The translations under genes were made by a program, and so were the position numbers. Below, piece after piece: positions 34,084-39,197 of a stretch of 39,197 nucleotides of DNA. The notes under the pieces were generated by a model. That model worked only from the letters and a program-made list of their open reading frames with translations. It had not been told where the DNA came from and made no database searches. Source of the stretch: Macrostomum lignano. Its lineage: Eukaryota. The DNA lies in contig NIVC01000081.1 in the NCBI GenBank assembly GCA_002269645.1, forward strand, positions 1-39,197, given 5' to 3'. Position 1 is the first letter of the stretch, and each line of letters opens with the position of its first letter.

Positions 34084-34920
34084 CCCCTGTAGGAAATACG
34101 ACCATTCACAAAGGTGTACGGTAGAGCCCAGTTGATGCCAGCCCTGAGGCTGAGCCCCAGGTTAGGGTTCAGGTGCTCCTCCCCCCAATTAAATTCCTGT
34201 GTAGGCGCTTCCAATTATTGGAGTTATGAGCTCTGCCCTCCTTGCCTGGTCCATCTTGCTCTGTCCTTGGTCCATCTGCTGTCTCCTCTGGCTGTCTCCC
34301 TGCCCTTGTGTCTCGGCTCTCATCCTGACAGTGGACTGGAGTCCTGGGGTTGATGTTCGTCTCAAATCGGGGATACCGGCTGAGTCCGGGTCCTCTTGCT
34401 CCTCTTGTGCCCCTTCCCGACCCCTTGGCCCGGCCTCCAATATTGAGCTGGATAGGTGATACCCTTGGGCTTGCAGCCCTGTAGGTAGGTAGTCCTGATC
34501 CTGCCTGACAGGAGACTCGCCCTCGGAAACAAGCCTTCCAGACTCGCTCCAAAATTAAGCCATTAATTCCGAGACTTCAGGGTCTCCCTGCTCTCGGACC
34601 GCTTTTCAGTAGTAACCCAAGTATTTTTCAATCCAATTTATTTTTTCGCGCACTCCCGGGATTTGTCTGCTGGGTGGTGGCTTGGGTGGACTCGGTCCTT
34701 GCACCGTCCCTGATTCCACAAATTGGGTTGGCGGTGTCTTAGTCCAAAGGCTTGGGTTAGTAGCCCCAAATTCTCACCAGGCCTCGAGACCTGGTCCCAA
34801 GCGTGGCCTCTCGGGCTATATTATATGCCCCTGGTAGTATGGCCCACAGACAGTCCAGCGGCAGAGCCCTACTTGGGCTGATCCGCGGGGCCCCTGGCTT
34901 CCCATCCTCGTATAACAACA
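34084..34920 (+). mobile_element. Copy 2 of the GC-rich non-coding retroposon, 5'-truncated
   Basis: Colinear with ~23565-24447 (e.g. GTGTACGGTAGAGCCCAGTTGATGCCAGCCCTGAGGCTGAGCCCC) and ends in TAACAAC. No TSD found. Confidence 0.85.
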
Positions 34921-34940
34921 AAGAAAAATTAAAGAACATA

Positions 34941-35212
34941 CAGTGGCGGCGCAGCACCTCCGAATAGGGGGAGGGGGCGGTGGTTGGGTGCACATGGTCG
35001 ATCACCCCCTCCCCCAGCAAATTTTTAGAGTTAGAGCGGCGCGTTACGCTAAAATCTCACAAAAAAAGCATAACAAGCTCGTACTAAAAAATTATGGTGG
35101 GTCACCCCACGGAGGGATGGGAGGGTGCAGTTACCCCCCAGGGGCCAGGGTGGTAGGAGGGTGGTCACCCGGGGGCAGCAGCCCCCTCTGCCCCCCCCCT
35201 GCGCCGCCACTG
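34941..35212. mobile_element. hAT-type MITE, 272 bp
   Basis: Perfect 14-bp TIR CAGTGGCGGCGCAG / CTGCGCCGCCACTG. Perfect 8-bp TSD AGAACATA at 34933-34940 and 35213-35220. Confidence 0.95.
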
Positions 35213-35504
35213 AGAACATATAAAAAGTTGACATCTGCATGCACATTGATGTAGTACATGTACAATCCATCTGTATATTTGTGTCAGTTATTCAACATAC
35301 GAGCGAGCGTACCATGCTATTACACCAAAGTGTAGCGCTAGATTGAATCCAAGTGACTGAATTTCACTGGTTAAGAATTCCGAAATAAATGAGAAGACGG
35401 AGGAAAATATTATTCAGATCGATTCAATTAATGCCCTCATCACCACAAAGGCAATTAATGCCTTCAATTAATTGTAAAAGAGAAAATCAAGATCATCTTT
35501 AACA

Positions 35505-35547
35505 CAAAGGACCACTGTATACACTGCTATCTATACAGTGGTCCTTG
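35505..35547. mobile_element. 43-bp mini-MITE (TIR-only) with 8-bp TSD
   Basis: 15-bp perfect stem AAGGACCACTGTATA / TATACAGTGGTCCTT with a 10-nt loop. Flanked by CTTTAACA at 35497-35504 and 35548-35555. Confidence 0.75.
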
Positions 35548-35899
35548 CTTTAACATTGTAATTTAGACTAAGGAAAGTCGCTACATCATATAGAGATCCT
35601 CCAACATTACTTACATGTACTGTACATGTGCTTAATATTTTACTCCAATGTTTCTAGATGTTCTGCTTCGGTATGCGTACTTTGGCCTTGCACTCGAATT
35701 GAACGGCCGCGAGGATGCTACTTGTTGTACATCTACATGAACACAGATGCATATAAAAGTTATTTCCGTTTATTTTTATTTCTTTTGATCTGAAGCAAAT
35801 GCAAAGGATTCGTTTCTTGGCCGAGGCGAAGCCAAGGCCTGCAAGCGAGTCCGAAGCTTTTGTTTCAGACCATAGACTAAAATGAACGGAAATAATATA

Positions 35900-36678
35900 T
35901 ACCTTTTAACAGTGTTGTTGGGCATAAGTGAAATTTATTTAGTCCAAGTGTTCCTACCACTGAGTGAAGTGAGTTTGATTTAGTCTAGCTGTTGATTTTG
36001 GCCATAGACGATTGATGAAAAGTGAAATATATTTGGTCGCTCTTGCTTAGCGCTGAGCTTACCGTGACTTAAAGTTAGTCGTAGTGAAATTTATTTAGTC
36101 CGCTTAGAGTTCTTGTTTGGCTATAGAATTTGCTGAATCATAGAATTCTTTCCATGGAGGCTCCAGCAGCACAGAGACGAGTCGCTGTTTCGCAGCAAGA
36201 CAGGCGAAGGCTGGTCAATGCCTTTGTTCTCAACGAGGACTGGCTCAATCTGGCAAAACAGCTCAACATACCGCGCCAGTCTGCAAGGAATGTTATCGTT
36301 AAGTTAGTTTGAGCGAACTGGTCGTGTCGAGGCGGAAAAGCGAGGAGGCAACAAGCCGAAAGCTCTGAGTGATGAGATGATCGAGGCTCTCGTGGGATTT
36401 GTGGCGGACACGCCAGCTGCGACACTACAAGACATGCGGAGACATCTTATGTGTTTTTGCGCCTTTTTGAAAGTTTACGATCTCGTTGACCATATTCATT
36501 TCACTTTGACTAAATAAAAGTCACGATCTCGTTGCGCGCGCTAAAAACGACTATATTGAATTCACCGTCTATGGCTGCAAGCTAATTGAAGCGACTAAAT
36601 CAAACTCACTTCGCTCAGTGGTAGGAGCACTTGGACTAGATAAATTTCACTTATGCCCAACAACACTGTTAAAAGGTA
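35900..36678 (+). mobile_element. IS630/Tc1-mariner-type deletion derivative, 779 bp
   Basis: About 90-bp near-perfect TIRs starting TACCTTTTAACAGTGTTGTTGGGCATAAGTG, with a TA TSD on both sides. AGTGAAATTTATTTAGTCC repeats occur in the left end at ~35927, ~36021 and ~36083. Confidence 0.88.
36154..36450 (+). pseudogene. N-terminal HTH DNA-binding part of an IS630/Tc1 transposase, frameshifted; DDE domain deleted
   Basis: Reads MEAPAAQRRVAVSQQDRRRLVNAF...LAKQLNIPRQSARNVIVK, then after a frameshift FERTGRVEAEKRGGNKPKALSDEMIEALVGFVADTPAATLQDMRRHL. Confidence 0.8.
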
Positions 36679-36851
36679 TATTTATACCCCGGCTGTTTAG
36701 CCAAACTATAACACTGTACACTTTAACCATAGACAAATGTTGATTTGATGCAGTTTACGAAAACGACCGTGTTTGGTGTTTCAAATTGAGTGGTTGTGGT
36801 CTACCTAATTTCTTTAATTTTACTATGTGACACTTTCGCGTTAGTTTCAAC

Positions 36852-37460
36852 TTGAATGATATTGACAGCGTCTGTTTTGAATCACTTAGTCTTGCTGAAG
36901 TCGAAGCAGTCTTGAGTGCCTTGCCACTGGCTCCCGCAACCGATTACAACGAAGATGAGCAGAGACTCAACGAAATAATTGCGTCTGTAGTGCCAGAAGC
37001 TACAACGAAGAAGTGTAAGTGGATGCTAGAAATCTTTCGATCGTGGCACGAAAGGAAGAAGACTCAATGGGCTAAGGCAGGACCGAGTTTGATGGTGTTG
37101 GCCGATCTATCCGATATTAGCAAGCACGATCTCAACTACGTTCCTAAGTGGTTTGTCTTAGAGATACGAAATAAGCGTGGTGATCGCTATGGCGCTCCTA
37201 CATTGAAGGGTTTTTTCAGCATGTTGCAATACTACTTGGTCAACGAATGCGGAAAGCCATGGAGCCTCTGGAAGGACGTGGAATTCAATGAGAGCCGACG
37301 TACGCTGGATGCTTCGATGAAGATGAGTACCCGTGACGGAAAGGAATCTAGCATCGAAGAGAAGCTCTGGTCTAAGGTGTGCTTGGTAGTGATAGTCCAC
37401 GACAACTGGTGAGTTCCGCGATTTGGGGTGTGGGAAAATATTTCGCACTACGCGATGGTT
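36852..37460 (+). pseudogene. Crypton-type tyrosine recombinase (DUF3504/ZMYM-KCTD1-QRICH1-like) remnant
   Basis: Reads VPEATTKKCKWMLEIFRSWHERK...FVLEIRNKRGDRYGAPTLKGFFSMLQYYL...SLWKDVEFNESRRTLDASMK...EEKLWSK. After a 1-nt deletion it continues VLGSDSPRQL...GKYFALRDG, the first catalytic Arg motif (ALRGG), and is then truncated. Confidence 0.85.
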
Positions 37461-38554
37461 CGGAGTTGTAATTAGTTGTTGAATACTCGTAACCGTTAGC
37501 TATTGTACAACATTATAATCTATTGCATAAACTTGTTTGATTACTTTTCTGCTGCTTATTCGTTGTCTTATTTATTTGGATCGTTTATTTGGCCGGGCCA
37601 GATAAACGTTTTTTACATTGGACCGTAGACTTATTCGGCGTGGCCAAAAGGGATATAATAAAAACATTTACACGTAGAACAGTTGAAAGGCTATTGTTCT
37701 GAACGTTGTTAACGTACAATTAGGACATTTTCCGCCGTCCGCATAGTCAGCATTTCCTATTCAAGTGAAAATTGGAACTGCGTGTAAACTAGCAAACTGG
37801 TTTTTATTTAGAAACAATCATCTATAATCATGCAAGTAAGCATATACATGTGACTGCATATTCCAATGCAGATTTATACAATCTGTAGCGTTTCCAAATG
37901 CACAACTGCGAGCAATGTCTTGAATTGCAGAACGTTCTGCGTGCAGGTGGTAAATAGTCTCTCTTTAATAATCTCTCTCTCTTGCGTCTACAAGTGTATA
38001 CACTTTCCTGACAATCGACTGTGCAGAAACACTGCGAAATCGCCGTCCCCGGCTACCACGATTTCTCTCCCTTCTCTCTCCTACCCGAATTCTGGAATGT
38101 ACATACAGATTTCATAACAGCTAACAGCTACAACCAACTGCATGCGTCTTATCTGACTTGCATGTTCCTCCTCTGACCCAGAAAGCACATTTTATTCGTT
38201 AGCAACATTAGCTAGCGTTCTAGAATCGTGCACGCATGCTTTAAAGCAAAAATTTCTCTACAAAAGTTAATCTCCGCGGTAAAAAATCGATTTCCAACCG
38301 GAGCCCAAGCGCACAAAACAGGCCAAAAAATCAGATAGACCAAGTGCAAGGTTTATTATTCAGCTTCGCGAGTGAGTAAGTTGCCTTTGCTGTTGCTGAA
38401 TGTTTGTTAGAATGTGTGCTCTTAATATTCTACCATTCGTGCCCTAACTTCTTTGTGAAAATTCAGCTGTTAGACTAAAGTCTTAAATTGTGGAACAGGA
38501 AGACGAATGTTGATCAATATGGGGCTGAATTGTCTTAAAGTATAGATTGAGAAC

Positions 38555-39070
38555 CCCCTGAAGCTCTAGATCCTTGAGGATCCTGAAGCTTTAGATTAAG
38601 GACCCTGAAGCTCTTGATTGAGCCCCAGCTGAATCTCTAGAGGATCCTGAAGCTCTAGAGATGGAGGATCTTGAAGCTCTAGATGGAGGATCCTGAAGCT
38701 CTAGATTGGGGATCCTGAAGCTCTAGATGATGGATCCTGATGCTCTAAATTTAGGACCCTGAAGCTCTTGATTGAGCCCAGCTGAAGCTGTAGAGGATCC
38801 TGAAGCTCTAGAGATGGAGGATCTTGAAGCTCAGCTAGATGGAGGATCCTGAAGCTCTAGATGGTGGATCCTGTTGCTCTAAATTTAGGACACTGAAGCT
38901 CTAGATTCAGAACTGAAGCTCTAGACGGAGGATCCTGAAGCTCTAGATTGAGGACCATTAAGCTGTCATTGATTATCATCAAGCTGTAAATTGAACCTGA
39001 AGCGCTCTTTATTGAGCCTGAAGCTCTAGATGAAGAATCTAAAGCTCTTGTTTGAAGACCCTGAAGCTGT
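38555..39070. repeat. 22-bp degenerate minisatellite (TGAAGCTCTAGATGGAGGATCC), >20 copies
   Basis: Direct tandem array with HindIII/XbaI/BamHI-like words. Confidence 0.93.
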
Positions 39071-39197
39071 TCATTGATTATCATAAAGCAGTAGATTGGT
39101 TCTCATGAAGAAAGTAGCTTAAAAACAGATTAATTGGATTTACATACAAGTTACTCGTAAATAAAAAATCTAATAAATCCAGCTGTACAGGTGCTTG

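Overview
Eukaryotic (metazoan invertebrate) genomic DNA with GT-AG introns. The compact GC-richer exons and very dense repeats suggest a flatworm such as Macrostomum, but this is inference only. Protein genes reconstructed by hand with phase-consistent splice sites: (1) the 3' part of peptide:N-glycanase (NGLY1/PNGase; 4 exons, 1333-4734, +), which unexpectedly has two PAW domains; (2) an intronless vWA protein with a C-terminal hydrophobic tail (6263-7174, -); (3) head-to-head with it, a 248-aa R-SMAD-like protein with an MH2 domain and SSMS tail but no MH1 (8289-10045, +); (4) an unknown two-exon basic/low-complexity protein (21162-22295, +); (5) a small single-pass membrane protein (25616-25975, -); (6) eIF4H with an expanded RGG region (28927-29881, -). 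The rest is mostly mobile DNA and repeats. These include a decayed CACTA/EnSpm element with TIRs, TSD and transposase remnant, three hAT-type MITEs with 8-bp TSDs, and an IS630/Tc1 deletion derivative sitting upstream of a Crypton (DUF3504) pseudogene. Retroelements are a LINE RT fragment, two tRNA-derived SINE families and a 1.15-kb non-coding retroposon in two copies. There are also foldback elements, a (TCTA)n microsatellite and several minisatellites. No CRISPR array, rRNA or true tRNA gene is supported. All calls come from manual reading; no database searches were run.
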